Numbered from the stretch's first letter, positions 53,168 through 63,512 are shown. The stretch is DNA of 64,000 nucleotides from an uncultured delta proteobacterium (GCA_963782055.1 CAWAIF010000003.1:1824001-1888000), one strand, 5' to 3'. The notes: a model not told the origin generated them from the sequence alone. Translations and numbers: made by a program.

Positions 53168-53195
53168 TTGACAAGCGGCCAATCTTGCCTAAAGT
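53168..53195 (+). promoter_or_regulatory. Sigma70 promoter of rpsT
   Basis: TTGACA-N16-TAAAGT followed by a GC-rich discriminator. Confidence 0.75.
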
Positions 53196-53228
53196 GCGCG
53201 CTCCGCATCCCGACCTGAGGTTTTTGTC

Positions 53229-53495
53229 GTGGCCAATCATCCGTCTGCAGAAAAGCGCAACCGCCAGCGGCTCACCCGCACCGCCCGCAACCGCTCCATC
53301 ACCAGCTCCGTGCGCACGCACGTGAAGCAGGTCCGGACGGCCATCCACGACAAGCAGAAGGACGCCGCGGTCAAGGCGCTCGCCGTCGCCATCTCCGCGC
53401 TGGACAGGGCCGCCCAGAAGGGCGCCCTGCACCGCAAGGCCGCGTCCCGCACCATCGCGCGTCTCTCCGCCCAGGTGCACGAGCTCGCCAAGTAA
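53229..53495 (+). CDS. rpsT: 30S ribosomal protein S20
   Basis: MANHPSAEKRNRQ...LDRAAQKGALHRKAASR. Confidence 0.97.
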   Translation: MANHPSAEKRNRQRLTRTARNRSITSSVRTHVKQVRTAIHDKQKDAAVKALAVAISALDRAAQKGALHRKAASRTIARLSAQVHELAK

Positions 53496-53503
53496 GGCTG
53501 TCG

Positions 53504-55018
53504 ATGGCGCCCGAGCGCCGTCGTGAGCTCGAAGGCCTCGTTGGAAGGACGCTGGGCGGCAAGTACCGCCTGGAGCGGCTCCTGGGGGCTGGCGGCATGG
53601 GCGGCGTGTACGAGGCCCGCGGCCCGGGCGGCGAGCGTGTCGCCGTCAAGGTCCTCTCGGTGCTCGACCCCGCCTCGCGCGAGCGGGTGATGGGGCGCTT
53701 CACCCGCGAGGCGCGCGCCGCCTCCGCCGTCGCCAGCGATCACATCGTCGGCGTGATCGACGCGGGCACCGATGCCGGCCGCCCCTTCATCGTCATGGAG
53801 CTGCTGGAGGGCGAGGACCTCGGCCACCGCCTGCGTAGCGCCGGCCGCCTCCCCGAGGCGGAGGCGCTCCACGTGGCCGCGCAGATCCTCGCCGCGCTGG
53901 CGGTGACGCACGACGCGGGCGTGGTGCACCGCGACCTGAAGCCGGACAACGTCTTTCTCTGCCGGCGCCCCGACGACCCCTGCTTCGTCAAGGTCGTCGA
54001 CTTCGGGATGTCCAAGCTCGCGCCCAAGGCGGGCGCCACCCTCCCGCTCGCGCTCACCGGCAAGGGCCTCGCGGTGGGGACGCCGTCGTACATGTCGCCC
54101 GAGCAGGCCCGCGCGCTGGCCGATGTCGACGGCCGCGCGGACCTGTGGGCGGTGGGCGCCATCCTCTTCGAGTGCCTCACGGGCTCGCCGCCCTTCGTCG
54201 CGAGCGCGCAGGAGCAGGTGCTCATCGCCATCTGCACCGTCGACGCGCCGGAGGTGCGGAGCATCGTGCCCGCGGTGTCCGAGCCGGTCGCGCGGCTGGT
54301 GAAGGAGGCGCTCTCGCGCGATCGCGCCAACCGATTCCCCACCGCGTGGCACATGCTGCGCGCCATCACCGACCTCGCCCCGGCGGAGATGCGCTTGTTG
54401 CCACACCAGGCGGTGACGCGCATGGACACCGTGGTCACGGGCCCGCCGGCGGAGGTGGCCGCGCTGCTCGCGCGCGCCGTCCCGCCGGAGGCCAGCGGGC
54501 CGTACCCGGCGCCCGAGGGCAGCGGCGCCATCCTCCTCCCCGCCGACGCGAGCGGGTCGAACGCCGCGCTGCGCGCTTCGGCGCCGAGGATCTCGGTGCC
54601 GCGCGTGTCCGCCCCCGCGGTGGTGGCGTCGCGCCCGCTCACGCGCCTGGGCAGGCCTTCGCGCGCGCCGGTCGTGGCGATCGCCATCGCCGCGGCCCTG
54701 CTCGGGGGCGGCGTGACGACGTACCTCGTCGCGAGCGCCAGAGCGAAGCATCGCCGGGAGGTGTCGAGCGAGGCGGCGTGGAGCGAGACGACCCCGAGCG
54801 CCGCCGGCAGCGTGAGCGCGCCGCGCGACAACACCCTCGAGCCGCTCGCGTCGTCCGCGCCGTCGGCCGGCGGGAGCGCGGTGGAGCCGCTGAGCACGCT
54901 GGCCCCGCTGCATGCGCCGCACGCGCACGCCACGGGCCGCCCGCCGGCCCATCACCACGCCCCGGCCGCCCACTCCGCCCGGCCCGGGGGCCTGAACCTC
55001 GCGCGCGATCTGCCCTGA
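53504..55018 (+). CDS. Ser/Thr protein kinase
   Basis: GAGGMGGVY, VAVKV, HRDLKPDN, DFG, GTPSYMSPEQ; one TM helix. Confidence 0.93.
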   Translation: MAPERRRELEGLVGRTLGGKYRLERLLGAGGMGGVYEARGPGGERVAVKVLSVLDPASRERVMGRFTREARAASAVASDHIVGVIDAGTDAGRPFIVMELLEGEDLGHRLRSAGRLPEAEALHVAAQILAALAVTHDAGVVHRDLKPDNVFLCRRPDDPCFVKVVDFGMSKLAPKAGATLPLALTGKGLAVGTPSYMSPEQARALADVDGRADLWAVGAILFECLTGSPPFVASAQEQVLIAICTVDAPEVRSIVPAVSEPVARLVKEALSRDRANRFPTAWHMLRAITDLAPAEMRLLPHQAVTRMDTVVTGPPAEVAALLARAVPPEASGPYPAPEGSGAILLPADASGSNAALRASAPRISVPRVSAPAVVASRPLTRLGRPSRAPVVAIAIAAALLGGGVTTYLVASARAKHRREVSSEAAWSETTPSAAGSVSAPRDNTLEPLASSAPSAGGSAVEPLSTLAPLHAPHAHATGRPPAHHHAPAAHSARPGGLNLARDLP

Positions 55019-55036
55019 TCGAAGTACCATGGCGCC

Positions 55037-56296
55037 GTGCACCGGCGAGCTGCCACGACGACGTGCCGGGCGGCGTGGGCGCTGGCCGTCCTGTCCGCCG
55101 CGCTGCTCCTCGCCGCACCCCTGCGCGCGCAGGAGGACGAGGTCGCGGCCCGCGCGCACTTCCGCGCGGGGGTGAAGCGCTTCGACGCGAAGGACTACGA
55201 GCAGGCCCTGACCGAGTTCCAGACGGCGTACGCCGCCAGGCCGTCGCCCACCATCGCGCGCAACGTCGGCCTGACGCAGCGCGCCCTCGGGCGCTACGCC
55301 GACGCGTGCACCACCCTGGACGACATGCTCGCTTCGCCCGCGGGGCTGAAGCCGGACGTCGTGACCGCCACGCGTCGCACCATCGACGAGATGCGCGCGA
55401 AGGTGGCCTTCGTGCACGTGGCGCTCCGGTCCGCGGCCGGGTCCGCGCCGGTGTCGGCGACCCTCTCGGTGGACGGCGAGGCGGTGCCCGCCGCGCGCGT
55501 CGCCCGCGGCCTGTACCTCTCCCCCGGGGACCACTACTTCGCCGCGCGCGCCGCGGGCTACACCGAGGCGGACAAGTCGGAGACGGTCACCGCCGGGCAA
55601 GAGGTCACCGTGGACCTTCTCCTCGCGAGCACCGGCGGTGGGGAGAGCGGCGTGGTCATCAGCAGCCCCGAGGCGCCGCCGCCCGGAGTGACCCTCTCCG
55701 CCGCCCCGGTGGCCGCCCCTGCGCCGGCGTCGCGTCCGCCGCAACGGCATCGCGGGTGGGCCTCCGTCGCGGTGGAGGGCGTGGCCACCGAGCTGCCCGT
55801 CGCGCCCGCGCTGCTGTCGGGTGGAACGCAGCTCCTGGGAGGCATCGGCCTCGCCGGGCACATCGCCTACCAGGCGCTCCCGTTCCTCGCCCTCGGCGCG
55901 GACGCGGAGGCCAACGTCCTGCTGGTCCCGCACCCGGCGAACACCACCTTCTCGGTCTCGCAGATCGGCATCGGGCCGCACGTGCGGTTGATGACCCCCA
56001 ACCGCGTGCATCTCTTCCTGGGCGTGAGCGGGGGCCTCTTCCTCGTCGGGACGTCGACCCAGCTCCCCGGCGAGACCTCGTCGCAGGCCTCGACGGCGTT
56101 CACCGGCTTCGCCCTCGGCGAGGCGGGCGTCGTCGTCGACGTGAGCGAGAAGGTTGGGGTGGAGGTGGAGGGCTACGGGGGCGTCGCGGGGATCGACGGC
56201 TCCCGCAAGGACACCGCGGGCGTCTCGTCGGGCCTCTACACCTCCGGACTGACCTGGCGCGCGGGGGGGCGCGCCGGTGTCCTGTTCCGCTTCTGA
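55037..56296 (+). CDS. TPR/PEGA-like exported protein with a beta-barrel-like C-terminus
   Basis: ARAHFRAGVKRFDAKDYEQALTEFQTAY; ATLSVDG..LSPGDH; ends LFRF. Confidence 0.75.
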   Translation: MHRRAATTTCRAAWALAVLSAALLLAAPLRAQEDEVAARAHFRAGVKRFDAKDYEQALTEFQTAYAARPSPTIARNVGLTQRALGRYADACTTLDDMLASPAGLKPDVVTATRRTIDEMRAKVAFVHVALRSAAGSAPVSATLSVDGEAVPAARVARGLYLSPGDHYFAARAAGYTEADKSETVTAGQEVTVDLLLASTGGGESGVVISSPEAPPPGVTLSAAPVAAPAPASRPPQRHRGWASVAVEGVATELPVAPALLSGGTQLLGGIGLAGHIAYQALPFLALGADAEANVLLVPHPANTTFSVSQIGIGPHVRLMTPNRVHLFLGVSGGLFLVGTSTQLPGETSSQASTAFTGFALGEAGVVVDVSEKVGVEVEGYGGVAGIDGSRKDTAGVSSGLYTSGLTWRAGGRAGVLFRF

Positions 56297-56368
56297 CCCC
56301 ACCCCACGCCTCCGCCACGCGTAACGCGATGTAACGAGAATCCGGCCGTGGAGCGGCTATTTCGAGGC

Positions 56369-58474
56369 ATGCGCAAGCTCGCCGCCCCCGCCGCCTCCTT
56401 TGTCTCGCTCCTGGCGGTCATCGCCGCCTGTTCCCCCGACGCGACCGAGAACCCGGGCGGCGGCCCGGCGCCCGGCACCGTGGTGGAGGAGGGGAACTAC
56501 ACGCTGACGGTGCTCGCGCCCGCCACGGCGGGGAGCTGCGACGTCCACGCCGAGCAGCCGGCGCACTTCACCGACGCGTCGGCGGCGATGGGCCTCTCCG
56601 GCGTCGCCATGAGCGGCTTCTACTCCGCCGACCTGGACCACGACGGGTACCCCGACCTGGTGCTCCTCTCCGGCGCGGCGAACAAGCGCGGGACCGTGGG
56701 CGACAGCAAGCCGGACGTGCTGGTGCTCATGAACCGCCCCGCCGACGGCGGGGGGCGCACCTTCGTCGACGAGACGGAGAAGAGCGGGCTCTTCCAGACG
56801 CGCGACGCGTCGAGCACCGAGTACCGCATGACGCAGATCGTCTCGATGGCGGACGTGAACAACGACGGCAACCTCGACGTGTTCGCCGGTATCAACTACG
56901 ACCCGAACAACACCGACAAGACCTCGTCCTTCAACCAGGATCGCGACGAGGTCCTGCTCAACGACGGCCACGGTCACTTCTCCCTCGCCCCGCAGTCGGA
57001 CCCCAGCGGGGACACCGAGTCGGACAACACGCAGGCGGTCTTCACCGACGTCGACGACGACGGCTCCCTCGATCTGCTGCTGACCTACTGGTACAAGAAC
57101 TCGCAGGTAAGCGCGATCGGCTCGCAGGCGCAGCTCTTCCACGGCAACGGCGACGGCACCTTCACGAGCATCACCGACGCCGCCGGCCTGACGATGGACA
57201 ACACCGGCTCGACGAAGAGCCTGCTCGACGGCACCAGCTCGCGCCCGGCGTTCGGCACGGTGGCGTGCGATCTGGACGGCGACGGCTACCCGGAGATCCT
57301 GGAGAGCTCCTACGGCGGCCAGTCCAACCTGCTGTTCAAGAACGACGGCAGCGGTAACTTCACGCGCGTCGTCCAGAAGGGCGGCTTCGACGGCGACACC
57401 ACGGTCGACTACCACGACAACGAGTACTTTCGCTGCTACTGCACGCACCACACGGGGGACGCGTACTGCGCGGGCGCGGCCTCGCCCAAGATCGGCTGTC
57501 CGAACGGCGCCAAGGTCGCCTGCGGCGACGCCTCGTGCCCCGTCGACAACTACTGGCAGCTCGGCGTGAGCGACGCGCCTGCGATGGCCAACGGCAACAA
57601 CTTCTCCGCGGCGTGCGGCGACATCGACGGCGACGGAAAGATGGACGTCTTCCAGGGCACCATCCGCCACTGGTGGGCAGGCAACGCCACCGACCCGCCG
57701 CAGGTGCTGCTCAACAAGACGCAGGCGGGGGGCAACATCGATCTGCAGCGCGTCGACCCTGCGCAGGACGGCGTCGTCTTCCCGCACCTCGATCCCATGG
57801 GCTGGAACGAGGGCATCCAGCAGGCGACGCTGGTCGACATGGACAACGACGGACGCACCGACATCCTCACCGGCGGCAGCGACTACGGCTACCAGTGGGG
57901 CCACATGTTCATCCAGCAGACGGACGGCACCTTCCAGGATCTGGCGCAGCAGTGGGGCCTGATGTTCCCCTGCATGGACGGCCTCGCCGTCGCCGACTAC
58001 GACCGCGACGGCGATCTGGACGTTGTCGTGCGCGGGAGCCTCTTCCGCAACTGCGCGAAGAGCGGCGGCGGCTGGGCGGCCATCCCCGGCAAGGACCCCG
58101 GCTTCTCCGGCTACGACGTGCCGGAGGTCCACATCTTCACCAACGACGCCTCCGAGCACTCCAGGTGGCTGGAGCTGCGCCTCGTCGCCACCGACGGCGC
58201 GACCAACGTGATGGGCATCGGCGCCACCGTGAGCGTGACCGTGAATGGTGTCACCCAGACGCAGCAGGTGCTGGGCGCGCACGGCATCGGCGCGGAGAGC
58301 GACGACCCCGGCGTGCTCTTCTTCGGCCTGGGCGCGTGCGGCGCGGTCGACAAGATCGAGGTCCGCTGGCCGAACCAGGACCACACCACCGACACCTGGG
58401 AGAACGTGCCGTCGAACCACCTCGTCGAGCTGCGGCAGGCGGACAAGACGCTCTACGGCGTGAACCTGAAGTAG
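56369..58474 (+). CDS. CRTAC1/ASPIC-UnbV family FG-GAP repeat lipoprotein
   Basis: Lipobox IAAC; repeated DxDxDGxxD motifs; C-terminal IGATVSV...FFGLG..IEVRWP. Confidence 0.88.
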   Translation: MRKLAAPAASFVSLLAVIAACSPDATENPGGGPAPGTVVEEGNYTLTVLAPATAGSCDVHAEQPAHFTDASAAMGLSGVAMSGFYSADLDHDGYPDLVLLSGAANKRGTVGDSKPDVLVLMNRPADGGGRTFVDETEKSGLFQTRDASSTEYRMTQIVSMADVNNDGNLDVFAGINYDPNNTDKTSSFNQDRDEVLLNDGHGHFSLAPQSDPSGDTESDNTQAVFTDVDDDGSLDLLLTYWYKNSQVSAIGSQAQLFHGNGDGTFTSITDAAGLTMDNTGSTKSLLDGTSSRPAFGTVACDLDGDGYPEILESSYGGQSNLLFKNDGSGNFTRVVQKGGFDGDTTVDYHDNEYFRCYCTHHTGDAYCAGAASPKIGCPNGAKVACGDASCPVDNYWQLGVSDAPAMANGNNFSAACGDIDGDGKMDVFQGTIRHWWAGNATDPPQVLLNKTQAGGNIDLQRVDPAQDGVVFPHLDPMGWNEGIQQATLVDMDNDGRTDILTGGSDYGYQWGHMFIQQTDGTFQDLAQQWGLMFPCMDGLAVADYDRDGDLDVVVRGSLFRNCAKSGGGWAAIPGKDPGFSGYDVPEVHIFTNDASEHSRWLELRLVATDGATNVMGIGATVSVTVNGVTQTQQVLGAHGIGAESDDPGVLFFGLGACGAVDKIEVRWPNQDHTTDTWENVPSNHLVELRQADKTLYGVNLK

Positions 58475-58555
58475 CGCGCGCGGGAGGGTTCTCGCCAACG
58501 GCCCTTCCGCTGGGGAGCGATTCGTGTAGCCTCCGAGCGATCAAAGGAGGAGCCC

Positions 58556-58846
58556 ATGGGTATGACAGGCGATCGCTACGAGGGGACGTTCGACGGCCAC
58601 AAGATCGAGCTCGTGCGGAACAACGTCAACAAGACGCTGAATCTGCTCATCGACGACAACGTCGTCGCGTCGGAGCACCGGTGGCTGCCGAAGGACATCA
58701 CGCTTCACGCCGACTTCGAGCACAAGGGCGTCAAGCACGCGGTGGTGGCGCACCAGCAGGTCAAGCCGCTGCTCGGCCTGCCGATCGCCTGCGATGACAG
58801 CATCGAGATCGACGGCAAGCCGCTCCCGCTCAAGAAGACGAAGTAG
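58556..58846 (+). CDS. Small hypothetical protein
   Basis: RBS AAGGAGGAG; GC3-biased codons. Confidence 0.75.
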   Translation: MGMTGDRYEGTFDGHKIELVRNNVNKTLNLLIDDNVVASEHRWLPKDITLHADFEHKGVKHAVVAHQQVKPLLGLPIACDDSIEIDGKPLPLKKTK

Positions 58847-58946
58847 GCCGCGTCGAGGTCACTCGCTCATCAGCCGCTGGAGCGGATGCGGCTCCCCGCG
58901 TCAGCCGGGGCGTCTCCAGCCGTCCAGCAGGTGGGTGGGCACCCGC

Positions 58947-58975
58947 TTTACAGAGCCCGGGCCCCGCGCTAGCTT
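58947..58975 (+). promoter_or_regulatory. Sigma70-like promoter of tRNA-Glu
   Basis: TTTACA-N17-TAGCTT plus a GC-rich discriminator. Confidence 0.6.
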
Positions 58976-59016
58976 CCGCCGCCCGTGTCGCCGGGATCCG
59001 TCCCGGCGTCCACAAC

Positions 59017-59089
59017 GTCCCCATCGTCTAGAGGCCCAGGACCGCGGCTTTTCACGTCGCTAACGGGGGTTCGACTCCCCCTGGGGACG
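59017..59089 (+). tRNA. tRNA-Glu (anticodon TTC), CCA not encoded
   Basis: Acceptor stem GTCCCCA/TGGGGAC; D-arm GTCT/GGAC; anticodon arm GCGGC-TTTTCAC-GTCGC; T-arm GGGGG-TTCGACT-CCCCC. Confidence 0.95.
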
Positions 59090-59157
59090 CTTCGCTCGCA
59101 GGCTCGCTCGCGGCCCAGCTCCCCCACTTCGCGCGGAGGGCGGAGTGGCCGGCCGGC

Positions 59158-60108
59158 TCAGTACTGCGTCTTCATGTACGCGAGCAGGTCGGTCCAGTCC
59201 TGATCTCCGAGCTGCCAGCGCGGCATCGCGGTGTCCAGGGCGTCGCCGTCGGCGCCTATACCCTGCACCACCGCGCGGCGGATGAGCCCGTCGGTGTAGG
59301 TCGGCCCGCGGTCGCCGTCGGTCTCGCGCATCCCCAGCGGATCGGTGAGGTTGCCGTAGGTGATGTCCGGCGCGGTGAGCATCATGGTGCTGCGGCCATG
59401 ACCGTCGGCGCCGTGGCAGCTCGCGCAGGCGTTCATCATCATCCCGATCCCGCCGGTGCGCCCGATGGTCTGGCCGTCCGCGCCAACGCCCTGGTCGTAG
59501 ACGCGCTCACCCAGCGCGACGGGATCGGTCGTGCCGCTCGGCGCGCCGCACCCGTTCATCGTGGGGCCCCACGCATAGGAGCCCCCGCCCATGCCGCCGG
59601 TCATCTGCACGCACCGGTCGTAGGCGTGCCCCGCATCCTCGAGCATCACGCCCACGTGCCGCACCGCCTCGTCCTGGTCGGCGCCCAGATCACCGAGCGT
59701 GCAAGCGACCTGCCGATGCGCGTCCAGCTCGCCGAGCATCGCCTGCGCGACGCAGGCCATGTCCTCGAAGTCGGCGCCCTGGTGCGCGCCCATGAAGCCG
59801 TCCATCGCGCCGCTCATCTGGACCATCTGCTCGATCCACGGGCGGACGGTGGCGTCGTACTGATCGTGCGCCGGCTGGCAGCCCTGCAGCGTCATGCCCT
59901 GCGCGGTCATCGCCGCGCGGTACGCGGTGGCGGCGGACTGCACCTGCCCGGCGAGCGTCTCGTAGGTCGTGATGTTGCTGGCGCCCGCGCTCGTCCCGGC
60001 GTCCTGGCCGTCGCCGGCGGATCCACCCGCGCCGGGAGCCTGCGAGCCCCCGCACGCCATCGCGGCGACGAGCGCGCCGGCGGCAAGAAGAAGATGAATC
60101 GGTCGCAT
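59158..60108 (-). CDS. Lipoprotein with a Met/His/Cys-rich helical domain and C-terminal monoheme cytochrome c
   Basis: RBS GAGGAGG; lipobox AMAC; CASCH; distal Met in AMPRW. Confidence 0.8.
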   Translation of the reverse strand: MRPIHLLLAAGALVAAMACGGSQAPGAGGSAGDGQDAGTSAGASNITTYETLAGQVQSAATAYRAAMTAQGMTLQGCQPAHDQYDATVRPWIEQMVQMSGAMDGFMGAHQGADFEDMACVAQAMLGELDAHRQVACTLGDLGADQDEAVRHVGVMLEDAGHAYDRCVQMTGGMGGGSYAWGPTMNGCGAPSGTTDPVALGERVYDQGVGADGQTIGRTGGIGMMMNACASCHGADGHGRSTMMLTAPDITYGNLTDPLGMRETDGDRGPTYTDGLIRRAVVQGIGADGDALDTAMPRWQLGDQDWTDLLAYMKTQY

Positions 60109-60478
60109 CTCGTCCTCCTCACGGCGAGGCTCAGCAAGATGCGCACCTCGTGCGAGAGGCGCGTTTTCCCCCGGGGAAGCGGACGTGCGGCGTGCACACC
60201 GGATGCAGCCGATGCGCACCGTCGCAACGACCGCGTCGAGCCGGCATGCAGCTCATGGTGGAGACCCTCGCCCTCGCGGTCTTTCGCCGCGTCGCGGCCG
60301 CCGAGATCGAGCCGGTGCTCACCGAGCAGGGGCGGGAGGCGCCGACGTTGCACGCCGGCGCACGTCGCGCGCCACGGCGGCCGTGTCGTGTCGCATCCGG
60401 GCAGCCCGCCGCGCGGCACGAAGATTGTTACCTCGTCCCTTCGTGGCTCATCCACCTCCCCCCGCAGGTGTCGCTCGC

Positions 60479-61717
60479 GTGGCCGCGCGGCTGGTCGCGA
60501 CCGCCGTGCTCGCCCTCGTGGTGTTGCTCGGCGTGCGCCCGGCGTGGGCGCAGGTGGCGGCGCCGGACGCGGGCGCCCCCTGCGGGCCGGGTGCGGCGTG
60601 TCCGCTCGACGAGCTACCCGCGCCCGCCTCACCGCCCGCCCAGGCCGGCGCGCCCGCGCCGGTGACCCTCGTCTTCTTCTGGGGGGTCGGCTGCCCGCAC
60701 TGCGAGGAGGCCGCCCCTTTGGTCGACGCGCTGGAGAAGGAGGAGCCGCGCCTGCGCGTGGAGCGCGTCGAGGTGCGCAAGAGCGCGGAGGGCCGGCGGC
60801 GCTTCCTCGACACGATGAAGCGGCTCGACGCCACCGCCATCGGCATCCCCACCTTCGTCGTCGGGGACGCGTACGTCGTCGGGTACGTCAAGGGCGAGAC
60901 GGACCGCGAGGTGCGGGCGATGGCGCGCCGCGCGCTCGGGCCGAAAGGCGCGGTGGCGGCGTCCCCGCTGCGGCGCATCGACCTCCCCCTCGTCGGGAGC
61001 ATCGAGCCGGCGTCGGTGCCGCTGCCGGCGCTCACCCTCCTGATCGGCCTGGTGGACGGCGTGAACCCGTGCGCCATGTGGGTGCTCGTGGTGCTGCTGG
61101 GCATCCTGATCCACGTCCAGTCGTGGCGCCGGATGCTCATGTACGCCGGCACATTCGTCGTGATGTCGGGGGTCGTCTACTTCTTCTTCATGACGGCGTG
61201 GTCCGCGCTCTTCCAGCTCGTGGGCCTCTCGCGCGTCGCGACCATGGTGCTCGGGGGCGCCCTGCTCGGGATGGGCCTGGTCAACATGAAGGACGTGGTG
61301 TGGTTCAAGAAGGGGCCCAGCCTGGTCATCCCGGAGACTGCCAAGCCCCGGCTCTTCCGCCGCATGCGCCGCATCGCCGGCGCCGCGACCACAACCGCCG
61401 CGCTGGGGGGCATCGCCGTGCTCGCCTTCTTCGTCAACCTGATTGAGCTGGGCTGCACGGTCGGCTTCCCGGCCATCTACACGCGCGTCCTGTCCCTGCG
61501 CGGCCTCCCGGCGGGCGCGCGCTACGGGTACCTCGCCCTCTACAACGTCGCGTACGTGGTGCCGCTGCTGCTCATCGTCGCCGCGTTCATCGCCCTCCGG
61601 CGCCGCTTCACCATGAGCGAACGGCTGGCGCGCGGGCTCAAGGGGGTGAGCGGCGTGCTCCTCGCGGCGTTCGGCGCGCTCTTCCTGCTGGCACCCGACC
61701 TGCTGACGGGGGCCTGA
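60479..61717 (+). CDS. Glutaredoxin-like domain fused to a DsbD/CcdA-like TM domain
   Basis: FWGVGCPHC, IPT, DGVNPCAMWV, IELGCT; multiple TM helices; start approximate. Confidence 0.8.
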   Translation: MAARLVATAVLALVVLLGVRPAWAQVAAPDAGAPCGPGAACPLDELPAPASPPAQAGAPAPVTLVFFWGVGCPHCEEAAPLVDALEKEEPRLRVERVEVRKSAEGRRRFLDTMKRLDATAIGIPTFVVGDAYVVGYVKGETDREVRAMARRALGPKGAVAASPLRRIDLPLVGSIEPASVPLPALTLLIGLVDGVNPCAMWVLVVLLGILIHVQSWRRMLMYAGTFVVMSGVVYFFFMTAWSALFQLVGLSRVATMVLGGALLGMGLVNMKDVVWFKKGPSLVIPETAKPRLFRRMRRIAGAATTTAALGGIAVLAFFVNLIELGCTVGFPAIYTRVLSLRGLPAGARYGYLALYNVAYVVPLLLIVAAFIALRRRFTMSERLARGLKGVSGVLLAAFGALFLLAPDLLTGA

Positions 61718-61799
61718 TCGCGCGGCTCCGCCTACGGTCTCGCCCCGCCGGGCCGGCGAGGCTCCCTCCGGCCCGCCAGGTGGTGATAGCATCGGCACG

Positions 61800-62636
61800 A
61801 TGGGGACCCCGAACAGCGAAGTGATCGTCGACACGCAGTGGGTCGAAGATCACCTCCGCGATCCTGCCGTGCGCATCGTGGAGGTGGACGTCGATCCGGT
61901 GAACTACTACGAGGGACACGTCCCCGGTGCCGTCGGCTGGGACTGGGCAGTGCAGCTCTGCGACACGCGGCTGCGCGACATCCTCTCGCCGCTGCAGTTC
62001 GAGGAGCTGATGGGCAGTGCCGGCATCGGCAACGACACCAAGCTCGTGCTCTACGGAGACAGCAACAACTGGTTTGCCGCCTGGGCGTTCTGGCAGGCGA
62101 AGATCTACGGCCACAGAGACGTGGTGCTGGTGGACGGTGGGCGCACCAAGTGGATCGCGGAGGGGCGCCCGCTCACCCGCGAGCTGCCGTCCCACACCCC
62201 CAGCAAGTACACGGCCGCCCGCGCGAGCGCCTCGCTCCGCAGCCTGCTGCCGGAGGTGCGAGACGCCGTCGCCGCCAGGAGCGCCGACCTCGTGGACGTG
62301 CGCAGCCCGCTGGAGTTCACCGGCGAGGTGTTCGCCCCGCCCGGCCTGCCCGAGACGTGCCAGCGCGGCGGTCACGTCCCCGGGGCGGTCAACGTGCCCT
62401 GGGACCGCGCGTGCCGGCCCGACGGCACCTTCAAGAGCGTGGAGGAGCTGCGCGCGCTCTACGGGGCCGCCGGGGTACGCGGCGACAGGCCGGTCATCGC
62501 CTACTGTCGAATCGGCGAACGCTCGAGCCACACGTGGTTCGTGCTCAAGTATCTCCTCGGTTACCCCGACGTGAAGAACTACGACGGCTCGTGGACCGAG
62601 TGGGGGAACCTCGTCAGCGCGCCCATCGAGAGGTGA
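61800..62636 (+). CDS. Tandem rhodanese thiosulfate sulfurtransferase (CysA/SseA type)
   Basis: GHVPGAV, DVRSPLEFTG, active site YCRIGER, YDGSWTEWG. Confidence 0.93.
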   Translation: MGTPNSEVIVDTQWVEDHLRDPAVRIVEVDVDPVNYYEGHVPGAVGWDWAVQLCDTRLRDILSPLQFEELMGSAGIGNDTKLVLYGDSNNWFAAWAFWQAKIYGHRDVVLVDGGRTKWIAEGRPLTRELPSHTPSKYTAARASASLRSLLPEVRDAVAARSADLVDVRSPLEFTGEVFAPPGLPETCQRGGHVPGAVNVPWDRACRPDGTFKSVEELRALYGAAGVRGDRPVIAYCRIGERSSHTWFVLKYLLGYPDVKNYDGSWTEWGNLVSAPIER

Positions 62637-62640
62637 TGCC

Positions 62641-62961
62641 ATGAGCGGTGAATCCAAGGCCGAGCCGAAGGGTCGTACATTCCGTCCCAGGGACTACACG
62701 AAGCGCGCCGCCGAGCTCGATGGCTGGCCCATCGGCGTCACCTCGTACTGGATCGAGCAGCGGTGCGTCGTGCTGGTCGACAACGTGGACCCCGGCGCCA
62801 CCATCGCCCGGGCGGAGGGGGACTCCCTCGAGGCGACCGAGCGCGCCGCCCTGGAGATCGCGCGCCGGCGTCTGAGCGGCACCGCGCGCCGGCGCGAGGC
62901 CCTGCGGGACCTGCACGAGAGCGTCGCCAGCATGGAAGAGGCCGTGCGCTCGAGGCGTTGA
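62641..62961 (+). CDS. Small hypothetical protein
   Basis: RBS GAGGTG; follows the rhodanese gene. Confidence 0.7.
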   Translation: MSGESKAEPKGRTFRPRDYTKRAAELDGWPIGVTSYWIEQRCVVLVDNVDPGATIARAEGDSLEATERAALEIARRRLSGTARRREALRDLHESVASMEEAVRSRR

Positions 62962-63512
62962 TGCGGCGCCTCGCGCCGTTCCTCTTCTTGTTGCTCCTCG
63001 CCTCCGGCGCCTCCGCGTCCGCCACGCACCCCTACGACCGCCAGCCTCCGCCCACGATCTACTGGATGCTCGCGCAGGCCGTCCCCAGCCCGGAGGTGGG
63101 GTTCGGCGGCGAGCGCGCGGCCTTCGGCGTGCGCTGGCAGCTCACGCCGCTGCTCTACTCGTGGGGCATCTACCACAAGCTCTCGCCCTACCGCTTCTTC
63201 GTGGTCGAACCCGGCACGCGCAACGCCGGATCCATCGCGCTGCGGGTGGCGCCGGAGTACCTCTCGACGGCGGCGTCCGGGTCGGAGTGGGGCGTCTGGG
63301 TGGGCGTGCGCTCCACCTTCCCGCTGGTCGAGCACGGCGAGCGGCTGGCCGCGTCGATCGGGGCGGCGGCGCTGCTGCGCCGGGGCCAGGTGTATCCCGC
63401 GCTGGAGGCCGGCGCGGAGATCGCGTTCGGGGTGGTGGGCCTCTTCGTGACCTACGCGCCGTCCTTCGACGAGGCCCCGTGCATCGTCACGCTCCGCGTG
63501 AGGTACTTCTGA
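62961..63512 (+). CDS. Hypothetical exported protein
   Basis: TGATG-coupled; signal peptide MRRLAPFLFLLLLASGASA; ends VRYF. Confidence 0.7.
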   Translation: MRRLAPFLFLLLLASGASASATHPYDRQPPPTIYWMLAQAVPSPEVGFGGERAAFGVRWQLTPLLYSWGIYHKLSPYRFFVVEPGTRNAGSIALRVAPEYLSTAASGSEWGVWVGVRSTFPLVEHGERLAASIGAAALLRRGQVYPALEAGAEIAFGVVGLFVTYAPSFDEAPCIVTLRVRYF

